This document shows positions 40,110 to 52,800 of a DNA stretch of 64,000 nucleotides, in pieces. Under the pieces are notes generated by a model that saw only the letters and a list, made by a program, of their open reading frames with translations, ran no database searches and had not been told where the DNA came from. Origin of the DNA: Perna viridis. Taxonomy: Eukaryota. Position 1 is the first letter of the stretch; each line of letters starts with the position of its first letter. The stretch covers positions 2,108,001 to 2,172,000 of the forward strand of contig CM074518.1 of the NCBI GenBank assembly GCA_037379345.1, written 5' to 3'. The position numbers were made by a program, and so were the translations under genes.

Positions 40110-40965
40110 AACAGCTGGAACGTACGCCACGCACCTGAATCTTCAGTTTTGCGATGAGTACAAACTGCAGCCGGTACCATGTGACCAGAAGACTATTGAG
40201 ATTTATATTTTGCAATATAATTCTATTCGCTCCTACTTGAATTATTTCTGTTTTACATAAGGTAAACGATGTAAAAGATCCTATTTCTAACTCTTGGAAT
40301 ATACAGCACTTACTAACGGGTGTGAAGAGAGAATTAGGAACAAGCAAAGCGCCAGTTACGCCGGAACTGTTATTGAATTTAAGAACATTCTTAATTTGTC
40401 AACCACAACAATATTGTTTTTTTGGGCAGCTTGTTTGAGAGGGTTCTTTGGCTTTTAAGACCAAATAATTTTCTTGTAAAGGGAACGTTTAATCCCGACC
40501 TTAATCTTCGCAGGGTTGATGTATTACCATGTAGCTGGGGTATGCTTTTACGTTTAAAAGTAGTTAAAACGCTTCAATTTCGTTCAAAACCAATAGAAGT
40601 GGTATTGCCTTGTTTAAGTAATCACCCGTTATGTCCAGCTACACCATGTCTCATGTATTAGCTTTAGCCGGAAATCCTCTGGACCCCTTTTTTCTCTTGT
40701 CAGATAAGTCATGTTTAACATATACTGTTTTTTTTAAATGCCTTCCATTTTGCTTTGCAAAATTTAAATGTAGATTCTGCAAGCTATGGTGGTCATTCCT
40801 TTCGCCGTGGTGCCGCTACCTGGGGCTCAAAAGCAGGTCTCTCTGACATCGAGTTTTAAGTTACTAAGATATTGGTCAAGTGATTGCTTCACAAGATATA
40901 TAGATAGTGATGTTGATCAACCTTTAAAAGCTATTTCCTCCCTCTGTACCCTCTTACCCCGTTAA
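40110..40965 (+). pseudogene. Ngaro tyrosine recombinase, disrupted
   Basis: LLTGVKR..LRPNN..KVVKTLQF..HPLCPA..GHSFRRGAAT..WSSDCFTRYI. Confidence 0.85.
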
Positions 40966-43727
40966 AATTCTACTTTGGGTTTGGGACTTTTTTATTACAT
41001 GTATCTGTTTATCAATGCAGGGGGGCATGTGTGTAATTGGGGGGGTTGTTTGCTTGGGGGTACCAAGCTATTACATTTGCCATACTTATTGTTGTGTATA
41101 TATGCCTATCATAGTAGTAATCATAAAAAATAGGTAAAATTGAATTTATTTGTAAATTGTTTTTTTAGCACAATGTTTGAATTTGCCACGCATGCTTTGG
41201 GGTTTTCGATGGGCCTCCATACGATCCCACAGTCCCGTTTTGATGAGCCACGCTGCTAGTGCAAAATTTGCTAATGGCGACACGCTGTTTTTGTCAGCTT
41301 CCCACCCACCCTCCCAGTAGCATTACTAAGGGTATTGGGTTTTGCATATTTAGCATGCATTCTGATGTTATGTTTTATTGTAAAACTGGACTTTTTTATT
41401 ACATGTATCTGTTTATCAATGCAGGAGGCATGTTTGTAATCGGGGGGTTTGTTTGCTTGGGGGTACCACGCTATTAAATTTGCCATAATTATTGTTGTGT
41501 ATACATATATGCGCCTATCATAGTAGTAATCATACATACTTTTCCTGTGTAATTTCATTTGATATCCACACATAAAATGCATTAAATACGTGAAATAGGT
41601 GTCTTTATATTTATTGTCTTGCAAGACAAAAAAATCGACCTAGATAACTTCGTATGTATGTGACTTCTGGTGACCTTAATCCGCGCATGTGCTGTAATTT
41701 AAAGAGTCACTTTCTGTCTTAGAAAAAATAAATAACTATACAAGTATCTTCCTATACACATACTGAATGCATTTGCAAAGTTTCAGTGAAATGTGACAAA
41801 CACTTTTTAAATATTTGATTTTTAAATATAGGGTATTCAAGTTGGGCAGCAAACAAGTGACAATATTCTACCATACTTAAATGCATTAAATATTTGCAAA
41901 GAACTTTTTCTGACTTTTCAAATAAAAAAAATCAATCACAACTTGCTTTTAAACAATATTAATAAAGAGATAGCCTTAAAAGTAGTCTTTTTCTGAAAAA
42001 TTGGTCTATTTTTAAAAATTTATGTCTGACATGCCTCCCCCTTTTTCTTGATCACATGTCAAAAACCCTAAATCTTTAAGTTTTCACAAAAGGTGATATC
42101 TTTGGCTTTAAATTTGTAAATAGTGTTTTCACAATAAAACATGACAAGTAAAGGGCACCTAAAGCCAAAAAAGTACTCAAAAATGGATTTTCCATGTTGC
42201 CATAGGGAAATGCTTATATGTCCTTAACTGCAGTAATGAAAGTGAGTTTTTCCTCATTTCTAATCAAATTTTTGCTCAAATTTACACAAAACTTGATTTC
42301 AAGTGCTGATTACCACCATATTTAGGTAAATATAGCCCTCAAAGTTAAATATTTGATATTTTTACTAAATTTTCTACACTTTTCACAAGATAGGACATAA
42401 AAATCAGCCAAAAAGACCAATTTTCCAAAATTTGGACCTATAACTTAAAAAAATGCATATTTTGAAGGATTTTTGTAGTGTATTCCTCTCATAGCAAAGT
42501 TTAAAAGATCTTCAAGTAGTTTAAAGCTATTCCAAGAAACTTTTCATTTTGCCATGGCCTCAGCTTAAGGCTAGAAACCACTAATTCCACTTCCCATAGG
42601 CTTCTATGCTAATTTCACAATATTCAATGGCTTCTCTGGACTTTACCTCAACTTTAACCTGCAGAGAACTATATATCAGCATGATTCTACATATGTCAGC
42701 TGACAATCCTCAGAATGGCATGTGGGGTTAGCAAACTTGCAGTGCAGTACTGGTCACTGGAAGTGAAGTGTCTATAAATAGCATGGGAAATCCCAGTGTT
42801 TTCACAAGATAGGGGTATATTTAGAAATCATTATGGAGATTAGGCTTCACATCACAAGAAGCAAAATGCACTATAAAATGTACAGAAATGTTTTTCCTTT
42901 CAGAAACTGTTTAAATTTTTTTAATGAGATGAGAACTTTTTTCACAGCACTATGAGGAACAGGGGTAATCTCTGTGTAGGACTATTTTTGCGTACATTCC
43001 AAATGCTCATTGGTTGAATTTGTGGTCTGTAACCTGTAAGGGTCGCTTCTTTAGTAAAAAATCTGATTGCAAAGCGAAAGTGGTTATTCTACGGCAAGGA
43101 AGACCGACGGACTCAAGCCTTACAAGAAAAACGTTCGAAAATAACGCAAGGATCCTTTTGAAATTTACGTATTGTGATATAATGTGGCTAAAATATGGTC
43201 ATTATTCATTTGAAAACTAATCAAGAAATAGATGAAGTGAAATGAAAACAAAACACGTGCTTACCTGTGTATCTGTTATTGTTATTTTTTTACCAAGGTT
43301 AACGTATTTTTAACCAGCGTGTATGTCCTGTCGGCAATCTTCGTAAGTAATAGCGGAAAATAATTAGATCAGAGCTATCGATCTTCTCTGATTAAAAAAC
43401 GTTATTTTCACAATATTCTGTAGGTATCATCGACATTGATTGCTTCAAATGCAATACTACAAACTTATTTCATTGAATCAGCAAAATTGAGCAGAATCAA
43501 AACTGAACAAATTTGACAGCTAATGTAGCTTTAAAGATAATTCTTGTTATATCTATGATGTCTAAACGTGTCGATTAAATATATAATACTACTCAGTGAT
43601 AGCTTTAATGTGAAGAGTATAATGATAATAAATGAATGAAGCCAGAAATTGGAGACAAACACCGGACTGTTAATAATAGGATAATTAATGGGAAGGAATG
43701 AATAACCAAAATATCACAACGCATAGG

Positions 43728-44820
43728 TTCCCCATACTCAGTTAAAATCCCGACTTAAAAACGTTATACATCGTTGTTTTTTCCAAAAAAGATGGTAAAC
43801 CTGGATACAAATATATAGTTCTTGGTAGAGATTCCTCATACTTTGTAAGAAATAATTCAAAATCATCTTCCAAATATACAGAGGAAGATGTTTACAAAAT
43901 GCTGGAATTTTTAATCAACAACATATTTGTCCAGTGTGGTGGACGTGTTTTTCAACAAAGGTCGGCATTCCAATGGGAACAAATTGTGCTCCTTTACTTG
44001 CTGACCTATTCCTTCACTCTTATGAGGCTGACTTTATAGCTGATCTGATCAGAAAGAAAGAATATCGTTTGGCTAGATCCTTCAATCTCAGTTTCCGCTA
44101 TATAGATGACGTATTATCTTTAAACAATCCTAATTTCGGGGATTCAATACATCGCATCTACCCAAAAGAACTTGAGATAAAGGATACTAAAGACACTGTG
44201 AAGTCAGCCTCTTATCTTGACCTACACTTAGAATCGATGGTAAAGGAAAACTATTGACCAAACTTTACGACAAACGTGATGACTTCCATTCAGAATTGTC
44301 AACTTTCCTTTCATCTGTGGCAACATCCCTTCAGCACCTGCGTATGGAGTGTTCATATCACAACTCATACGTTATGCCAGAGCTTGCCGAAACTACGCAG
44401 ACTTTTTGTATTGCACTAGAACTCTAACAAATAGGCTTCTGGAACAGGGTTATGTTGCTACAAGATTGAAGTTATCACTACAGAAGTTCTATGGTCGTCA
44501 TCATTAACTCGCGGATCGTTATGGTGTATCCATCTGCACCATGAACACTGATTTATTCAACGGGTCATAGTTTTCCTTTCCTCGTTTGTCTACCCCGGAC
44601 TTGACTTTTTATACGCAACTCGGCGGATGTTTCTAGAAAAGCAGAGGACGTTTACCCTACCGGTCCATGCTCCCAGTTTATAGTTGAGTCCGAGTTGCTT
44701 TGTATGATTTTAGTTACTGTATGTTCTTTGTTGTGTATGTCTGTTTTCCATGTCTGGTCTTTGTCCCTGGATTACATTCTTTTGATTACCCTATAACCTT
44801 GGTTCCCTTGATTACTGTTT
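43728..44820 (+). mobile_element. Naiad-type PLE RT, 5'-truncated
   Basis: PHTQLKSRLK..GIPMGTNCAPLLADLFLHSYEADF..FRYIDDVLSLNN..; stop at 44568-44570; 3' UTR to GGTTCCCTTGATTACT. Confidence 0.9.
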
Positions 44821-45109
44821 AACGAGTGTGCGGAACTTGTTCCGCGCACGAGTTACATCATACTGTGTTCTTGGCATATTTTACTTATTCACGATAACCA
44901 ATTGATTATCCTATATATTATACAGAGTTCCTCGATTATTTGTTGCTATTTTCAACATAAATTTCAAATTTTGTGAACGGCGGATTGATGTCAAAGTTGT
45001 GACGTTTTGGCGGGAGAAAGTCCGAGAGTGAAATTACCGAATTTATTTCAGTGTGAATTATCAAAATTTATTTTACTGGTAACATTAATTCGATAAAACA
45101 CTGCTATCT

Positions 45110-45275
45110 GTATTATACCATCTTCTCTTTACCCTGTGATATGTGTAGATCTGAAGACTAATATCACCGGACTGTTAACATCTTCTCTTTACTCTGTGAT
45201 ATGTGTAGATCTTATGACTACTATCACCGGACTGTTAACATCTTCTCTTTGCTCTGTGATATGTGTAGAACTGAT
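45110..45275. repeat. 60-bp tandem repeat, about 2.7 copies
   Basis: Consecutive 60-nt lines are nearly identical. Confidence 0.9.
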
Positions 45276-45816
45276 GATAAATTTAGTGACACCTGATATT
45301 AAAGAACACGTTACGTGTTCTCAGCATTCAGTATTTGGTCCTTCTTTTAATAAGTTTACACCCTATTAACGCGGGTCCGCCCCGAGTGTGGACGAGGGTA
45401 TTAGTTTTGCTGGTTCTTGTTAAATTGTACTTATTTGCTTCTTCTAGAAAAAACGCAAAACACTAGAAGTGTCCAAGAGAAGATATTTTCCCGTTTTACA
45501 CCCTTCTGACTTTTCCATTACTGTCACTTTCCATTTTAGTTTCCGTTTTTTAAATTGATTCTCAGTACATCTGAACAACATTTTACAGGAGTAAAATATC
45601 ATATACATGTATATACATTGCAGTCCATGTTAAAGTCTTCACTTGTCGTTCCTTCCACATTAAGACTGATAAAAAGAGAGAAAACTAAGTATAAAAAGGA
45701 ACTGTGTGTACCTAAACCTTTTCCGCCAGAGGACTGCATACTTAAATATCTTATTTCTTCCTCACTGTCCTAAAGTAAAAGGTGTAATAACAAATCATGA
45801 GCACAATATTCAATGC

Positions 45817-45826
45817 TTTATTTATT
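45817..45826 (-). terminator. Probable polyadenylation signal (AATAAATAAA) of the ETS gene
   Basis: Overlapping AATAAA hexamers about 440 nt downstream of the stop codon. Confidence 0.5.
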
Positions 45827-46267
45827 CAATAATCTAAAGTGACAAGTATGTACACCAATACCTTAAATATACATTGTATTTTTTCTTCGAGCAAAGCAGA
45901 TTATTCTCACCGCTAAATCACAGATAGTTTAAGCACTTTCCATATAACTATATTGATACATGTACTTGCACCACATAGTAAGGCACTGTTTCTTTTCCTT
46001 CAAGCAAATATACAATGCCAGTTTATATATTACACAAGTCAAGCAGATATTAACCTTTAACAAGCAACCCTATGCTTATATCAAATGTATTCGCTGTTTG
46101 ACAGCCACCTGTTACGTCTATATGTTGTAATGATAAGCAAATCTGGAGTTCTGTACCAGACAGAAATGACTAGAGATAGTTATCTCCCTTTAGCGTCAAG
46201 AGAGACCAGTGGGCAGTAATTCTATGGCACAAAACCCGTTGGAACCTCAGTCTTCTAGACCGATTGT

Positions 46268-46379
46268 TCACGCCACGGAATGTCTTTTTTCTCTAACACG
46301 GTCCATGGCCACTCGTGAAAACTTATAAACCAGTCTTCTACCTTCAACTCTTTCTAGGATTCCTCTTTTATAGTAGTGC
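46268..46379 (-). CDS. ETS gene, last coding exon (C-terminal part of ETS domain)
   Basis: Acceptor tttttcag at 46380; encodes (R)HYYKRGILERVEGRRLVYKFSRVAMDRVREKRHSVA, stop TGA at 46270-46268. Absent from the ORF track. Confidence 0.95.
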
Positions 46380-46808
46380 CTGAAAAAAAAGCAATATTTA
46401 ATTATTATGTTTGTGTTACGAAGATAAACGGAAATCATCCATTTATTGCTACAATGTCATGTTCATGGTTAATCTTAATTCTATCACTTTGTAAATGAAC
46501 AATATTTTACCAGTTTTAATTGACTCTAAGGGGCTTGAAAAATCGCAACAACATAACTGGTACTAATGTTATACTAAAGACTCAAATAATTATTTATAAC
46601 TACTAATCTTTAAGATTGAAGAATTCAAACTATAGTATAACACCAATACCTCATATTGCTAACTTGTGTAGCTCCTAAAATATTTCCATATTGAGAAATA
46701 AGAGACTTTTTTCTGTTAATTAAATGGTATTTAAACAAAACCTAAAAACCCTCATGAGGTAACAAACGAATGCGAGTAAACACACGCGACCAAATGTGAT
46801 TGAAAACA

Positions 46809-46888
<80 letters not shown>

Positions 46889-49800
46889 GTATATATATAT
46901 CTTCATCGACTGTTCTGCCTCACAGAGAGAATACATCTGAACCACAATAAGAGCAAAGAATTAACGTAATCTCTTAGTGAAGGTAAAAAGATTTATTGAT
47001 CGATGAGAAACAATAGATAATGCGTGCAGGATTTATCCTTAATTGTCTGTCTATACAAGTCGACTTATGAGTTCAAAGTTATTATTTACAGGAGCTATCA
47101 AAACGGCTGAATATTAGCTATTTCAGCACAATGTATTGGATTTGTGGCTCTAACGAACAAGGAAGTTAGCCAACAACCAATCAAAACAAAGATTTGGATT
47201 TTAAAACTACAATGTATCTCGAAGGTTGAAAGACAAAGGAATGTTTCTATTTAAGGTCATTTGACGTTAGTTAATAATACTGCAATCTCTGCTACGACAA
47301 AAAATAGTTGTGAGCCTGTAGAGAAGCTCTATACTCGTCTTCCTGGTAGAACGACTTCGGTGATTCGCTGTATAAAAGGGGAAGAAACTTTAGTTTGCAT
47401 GTCTGGTATAATTGGAATCATTAAGTCTTCGACATGTTCAAAAGGATTATACTAAAGAACACCAACATAAAGCACTACCAATAAAACTGTACACGAGTGT
47501 TAGTCACTAAATACCAACATTGTCATCACTCTGGTTATAGATGTACTGCATTCAATGACGTCTAGTTTTTTTACTTTATTGTATTGCGTCTTTGGTAAAT
47601 TTTGCAATGTAAGAGTTCATTACGTTTGAATGCGTTTCACTTAAAATTATGCTCAACAGTTTCTAATTGTACAGGATTGAAGCAGGGAATGTAGCTGTCT
47701 TTATAAATGTCATGCAGTGGTCAATACAGAAGATAAACGAAAAGTTCATTATCTTCCACGCCATCAGAAAAAGAAGCACAATATCGTTTTCTTTACTTCA
47801 TATTTCATTACAAAATGTCAACCCATGCATAATTCGCTTTTTCTAACATTCAATATTTATGAACACTGATAGCTTTCTGTGACAGATGGAGATTTACAAT
47901 ATTTTTAATGTTGATTTTGAAATAAAATAATAGATTTTCCAACAAAATACATCTAAGGTTATGTGTGGTATGAATTACGTGAATTTACTTATAACAACTT
48001 ACTGCATTATCTGAAAGTATTGAAGGTGATGAACAGAAAAAATATTCCAAAACATTTACAACAAAATCTCAACGGGGAAAAAACATGGACATCTGGATCA
48101 GAACATTAGCAAAGCTGACATAAGTGGCCACATACTTCGGCATAAAAACTTAAAAGAAGTCTTCTTATTCCCTATATAGACAATAAAACTTGGAATCTAT
48201 TTAAGTCTAAATATTTAAAACAGTGAGTTTTAACGGGACTCACAACTAAATGCTACTTATTGCATTTTCCCCTATTTTCTATATCACACACAGCCTTTAC
48301 ATGGGGTTATAACAGATAAAAAAAAACCTTTTCATTTTATACTAGAATTACTTGCAACCTATAATTCTTCTATGTTTTAGATAATAAGTAAGAAAACAAT
48401 ATTGATCGGAGCAGACCCTGCGATCAAAGCGGAACGCTGTGCATGACTTGTGTCACTGCATCTTATCAATGAAACCAAAATATACATGTTTGTTAATCAA
48501 TTGATGCATATACGGAATATTATACTTCCTGTAATGTAGATGCATATTGCATTTCCGCTTATTGAGTTACGTACATTAATCATTGACTTTTCATGTTCAG
48601 GTTGTCGACCCTCTTGATATACCATTGAAGAGACTGTCATCTATGGGGCATATACACTTGAAATGGTGTTAGAAAATATATAAAAATCAGAGTGCTTTCT
48701 TAAGACTGAGTGCAGAAACTAAAGTCAGCCTCTTAAGAGGATGATCCAGGGCGAAAAAAAGACAATAATTTACTCAAAAAGCAGTTGCAATTCCAAGATA
48801 TTAATTACTGAAAAACTAGAAGAGGATGAACCCGTAAAAACAGAACAAACCAACAATAAACTACCAAAACAAAATTGTAAATTCATTTTACTTCTAATAT
48901 TCTTTTGTTTAGAAAATCTGTTACTCTGTTATGTATGATTTATTTTGGACATCAGGAAGAGGAAACAGAGGTTCTAACTTCGTATTGACGAATCAAACGT
49001 CTTCAGTTAGGTGTTAGTGAATTTGAGAAAGTTATATTTATATATGGACAGATGTTCAGAAGCAATCACCCTGACTGTTTAGAGCAAATGATTTCAGTAG
49101 AATATTGGCGCAAACGAACATGATTAAAACATACTAATTGTGTAATAACAGCATACATGTAATTCAAGAAGAAACAAAAGACATTTAATGGTAGGAAAAA
49201 TAATTTGAAGTAATTAGGAGAAAATTAATTGCATCAACTAGAATTTGTTTGCAAGAAGGGTGCAGTCAACTTTTTACAGGAAAAAATCAATACCTTGAGC
49301 TGAATCCCGGTAAAGTTAATGTTGCCAAAATGGTAAAAGGTGAGCAAACTGTATTAAGGGCATTCGAAGGTAACATGAGGACAAGCCAACCTTTAACTCA
49401 CAAATACACAAACAAACCTAATTTGACAATGACACAAAAATGTAAACATTGTAGCGATTTAATTACCTCATTGCCCGACTGAGTTTTTCATATGTCATGT
49501 TGTCGTTGTTTTTCAGACTTCCCCACAATTGAGCTACTGCTTCTGATTGGACAAAACGGAAAACGCCTTCCCTCTGGTTCTCCCAACGGACGTATTGAGG
49601 ATTATAAAGTGGATTCATTAGAACTTCGTATATAAACTCCCATAAATGCTGATTCTTCACTGAAACAAAATAAAGAAAAAAAAGAACCATTAGTTTTTGT
49701 TACAGATTGACCATTAAATTACATAGTAAATATAGCATGTCGGGCAGACATCACATTCGTTTACGTTTGAGTCAAGTTTTTTCGTTGTAGTACCATGGTT

Positions 49801-52800
49801 ATCAAAACTTGTCATTAAAATATATCTCATCATTTTACAAACCATTATATTTCAACAGTACTGTTCAAAACTGTATTAAATACACAAATAGAAGTCTCTA
49901 TTCATTTCATTGAGTATCTGGTCTATGTATATGTACCTTTCTTCTCTCGTTGAGTTTCTTCGTCAGTCGGCAGACTTTTGATGCGGGGTCTTCCCGGCCT
50001 ACGTCTCTGTATCGGTGGGGCTGGAGGGGTCTCATGCATAGAACATCTGTTAAGATGGTGAGCCATGTTAGATGGAAATCGACGTAACATCTGGTTATTT
50101 GGTGATAAACATGGGTTCATTCTGTGGTGATGTGATGGAGAGAAAGGCGGGTGGTAATCTATAGATAGTATAAAATATGTAAATAATAAGTAAAAATAAC
50201 TTTCTGCTTCAGTAACTAATATTCAAGGATCAAATTATAATTGCTATCAGGTTATTCTAACAACATGCAGCAAGTTTTCTATGTCAATATGCACATGAAG
50301 CACTTCAGTTATTCAAGTTGCTTCCTCCTTTTATTAATGTGTGCTAAAGATAGAAAATATACTTTATAAAAGAGTAATCAAGGGAACCAAGGTTATAGCG
50401 GTAATCAAAAGAATGTAATCCAGGGACAAAGACCAGACATGGAAAACAGACACACACAACAAAGAACATAAAGTAACTAAAATCATACATACAAAGTGAC
50501 AAAAGTAAATTGTTTAAAGATAATACGTCATCTATATAGCGGAAACTGAGATTGAAGGATCTAGCCAAACGATATTCTTTCTTTCTGATCAAATCAGCTA
50601 TAAAGTCAGCCTCATAAGAGAGAAGAAATAGGTCAGCAAATAAAGGAGCACAATTTGTTCCCATTGGAATGCCGACCGTTTGTTGAAAAACACGTCCACC
50701 ACACTGGACAAATATGTTGTCGATTAAAAATTCCAGCATTTTGTAAACATCTTCCTCTGTATATTTGGAAGATGATTTTGAATTATTTCTTACAAAGTAT
50801 GAGGAATCTCTACCAAGAACTATATATTTGTATCTAGGTGTACCATCTTTTTTGGAAAAAACAACGATGTATCATGTTTTTAAGTCGGGATTTTAACTGA
50901 GTATGTGGAATAAAAGTATACAGTGTCGAAAAATCATAGGTTTTAATGCTATTATATTCAGATAATAGTCTTGAACTGATTGTCTCCAAAAGATCTTTCG
51001 AATTTTTCAGGATCCACATTGAATTAATACCACTACAGGAGTAACAAGTGTTGTGGTAGGACTGCAGACCCTCTTTGACAGTTGTGAGTATAGAAGTTAA
51101 AAGTTTTGAAAGAGGTTTGGTGGTACACTTTGCAGATCCAGCTATGAAACGTTGTTTGTATGGATTCTTGTGAAGTTTAGGAATCCAGTACATAGACACT
51201 ATTTTCCTCTACACTAGTAAATGGTTCTAAACAAAACCTTGAATATATCCAATAAATTATCTTGGGATCGAGGTTAGTAGAGATCTTACCATGCATAGGT
51301 TGTAATGGTTGTGGTGGGTATCTAAAGCCTGGGTGGAAGTCGTAGGCTCCCGGGCTTCTCTCTACTTTAATATCCTCTCTAAACCGAGTTGCTTCTGATC
51401 AAAAGAAAGAATAGGAACTTAGATTGTTGTTATAATAAGTAATATACTGTGAAAGTACTTTCATTCGAGGATAATTATTTTGGTGGTTTTATGAATATAC
51501 GCAAGGCGCAAGTTTGTGGATTCAGGAATTCGTATATTAGACACCTCTAAGTACAAAACAATCGGAAATTTCCTTTACTTCGGGAACCAAATTTCGTCAG
51601 ACCCATGAAAAACACTAAAACCAAATTTGATAGAAGACATAGTGTTGGTTATACAGAAGTCGCAGACTGTGTCACAATTATAGTGATGTAAGGTGCATCT
51701 CGGATACATCCGCCATTTTACAAATCTTAGTCGATACCGAAACGATTGTGAAATTAATGTTTACCAAAATACTAGTTATTCCACAATATTTGAAAAAAGT
51801 CTACAGAAGAATTTAATTCTATTTAGAAAAAAAACATTCTCACAGGCAAATACCGTCAATTACTTTTCAATTTATAGATCAAAGTCATGAAGTCCTACCT
51901 GGCAAATTGTTGTTAGGATACGGATAAAACCCAGGGTCGGAATTCATATGAAAAAATGGTTTTTGAGATCGTTTGGAGTCAAATACGTCATCTAAATCCA
52001 TATACTCATTTGGTAGTTCTTGTGGCTTAGAAAATTGCACTGAAATAAAAAGGGGTTTAAAATAAGGAACCGAATTTAATAGACCATGTAACGCTAAACA
52101 AGTTCCGCTCTATAATTCATATGCAGTTTATAAAACAGATCCGGTTTGTTAGCATACACCATAAAACATGGGAAACTTTACATTAACAATTGAAAAAGGT
52201 GTTTTTTTTCTGTGTGTGAAAACTATGTCCTGGAGAGATTACGTTACTATGCGATTTGAAATTTCTGTGTTTTATTTGTTGTATTGTTAATAAACTTCAT
52301 ATAACAAAAACTGTCATACACAAAAACGGTGATTCAGGACTTAAAGCTAAATTATTTTGTTAAAGCTAGTAAACAGTTAGTGACTTTAACATGCTGCGTT
52401 TTTAATTTACACACAAAAATGTTATTTTGCAATTTCTACACTATTACTTTACACTTTTAACTTCGTATTGGCTTGTTAACTGTGACAAATATTTATAAAA
52501 ATATGATACGTACATCCTTCACGTAAGTCTTTGAAGAGAAGATACAACATACGTCCGTATTCAGATTCGATTCTTTCGAAGTCTTCGATGCTTAAATTGC
52601 ATAGATCTGCGCCAGATATTGATCTAAAGTTTTCAGCTCGTAATTTGCCACAATCTAGATTGCATTTTTCAGCCGTGTAGAATAACCAGTCAAGTACGTC
52701 CTGTGAATCCCAGTTCTCTGGATGCTTGTTACGCCATCGACAAGTAACATCCGGGGATTCTGCAATGAAAAGACGCTTTTAAAACAGTTGTTAAAAGTTC

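Larger units (their letters stand above)
37866..41545 (+). mobile_element. Ngaro/PAT-like DIRS-order tyrosine-recombinase retrotransposon, degenerate, with split direct repeats A1-ORFs-B1-A2-B2
   Basis: A1 37866-38027 matches A2 41139-41300; B1 40984-41124 matches B2 41388-41534; gag, RT, RNase H and YR motifs in order; no TSD. Confidence 0.9.
37854..43530. mobile_element. Non-autonomous DNA transposon (about 2 kb without the Ngaro insert) with TTAA TSD and AG..CT termini, Kolobok-like
   Basis: TTAA at 37850-37853 and 43531-43534. Left TIR AGCTGCATTAGC (37854-37865) + TGTGTAATTT (41546-41555) versus right TIR reverse complement AGCTACATTAGCTGTCAAATTT: 19 of 22 identical. Confidence 0.7.
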
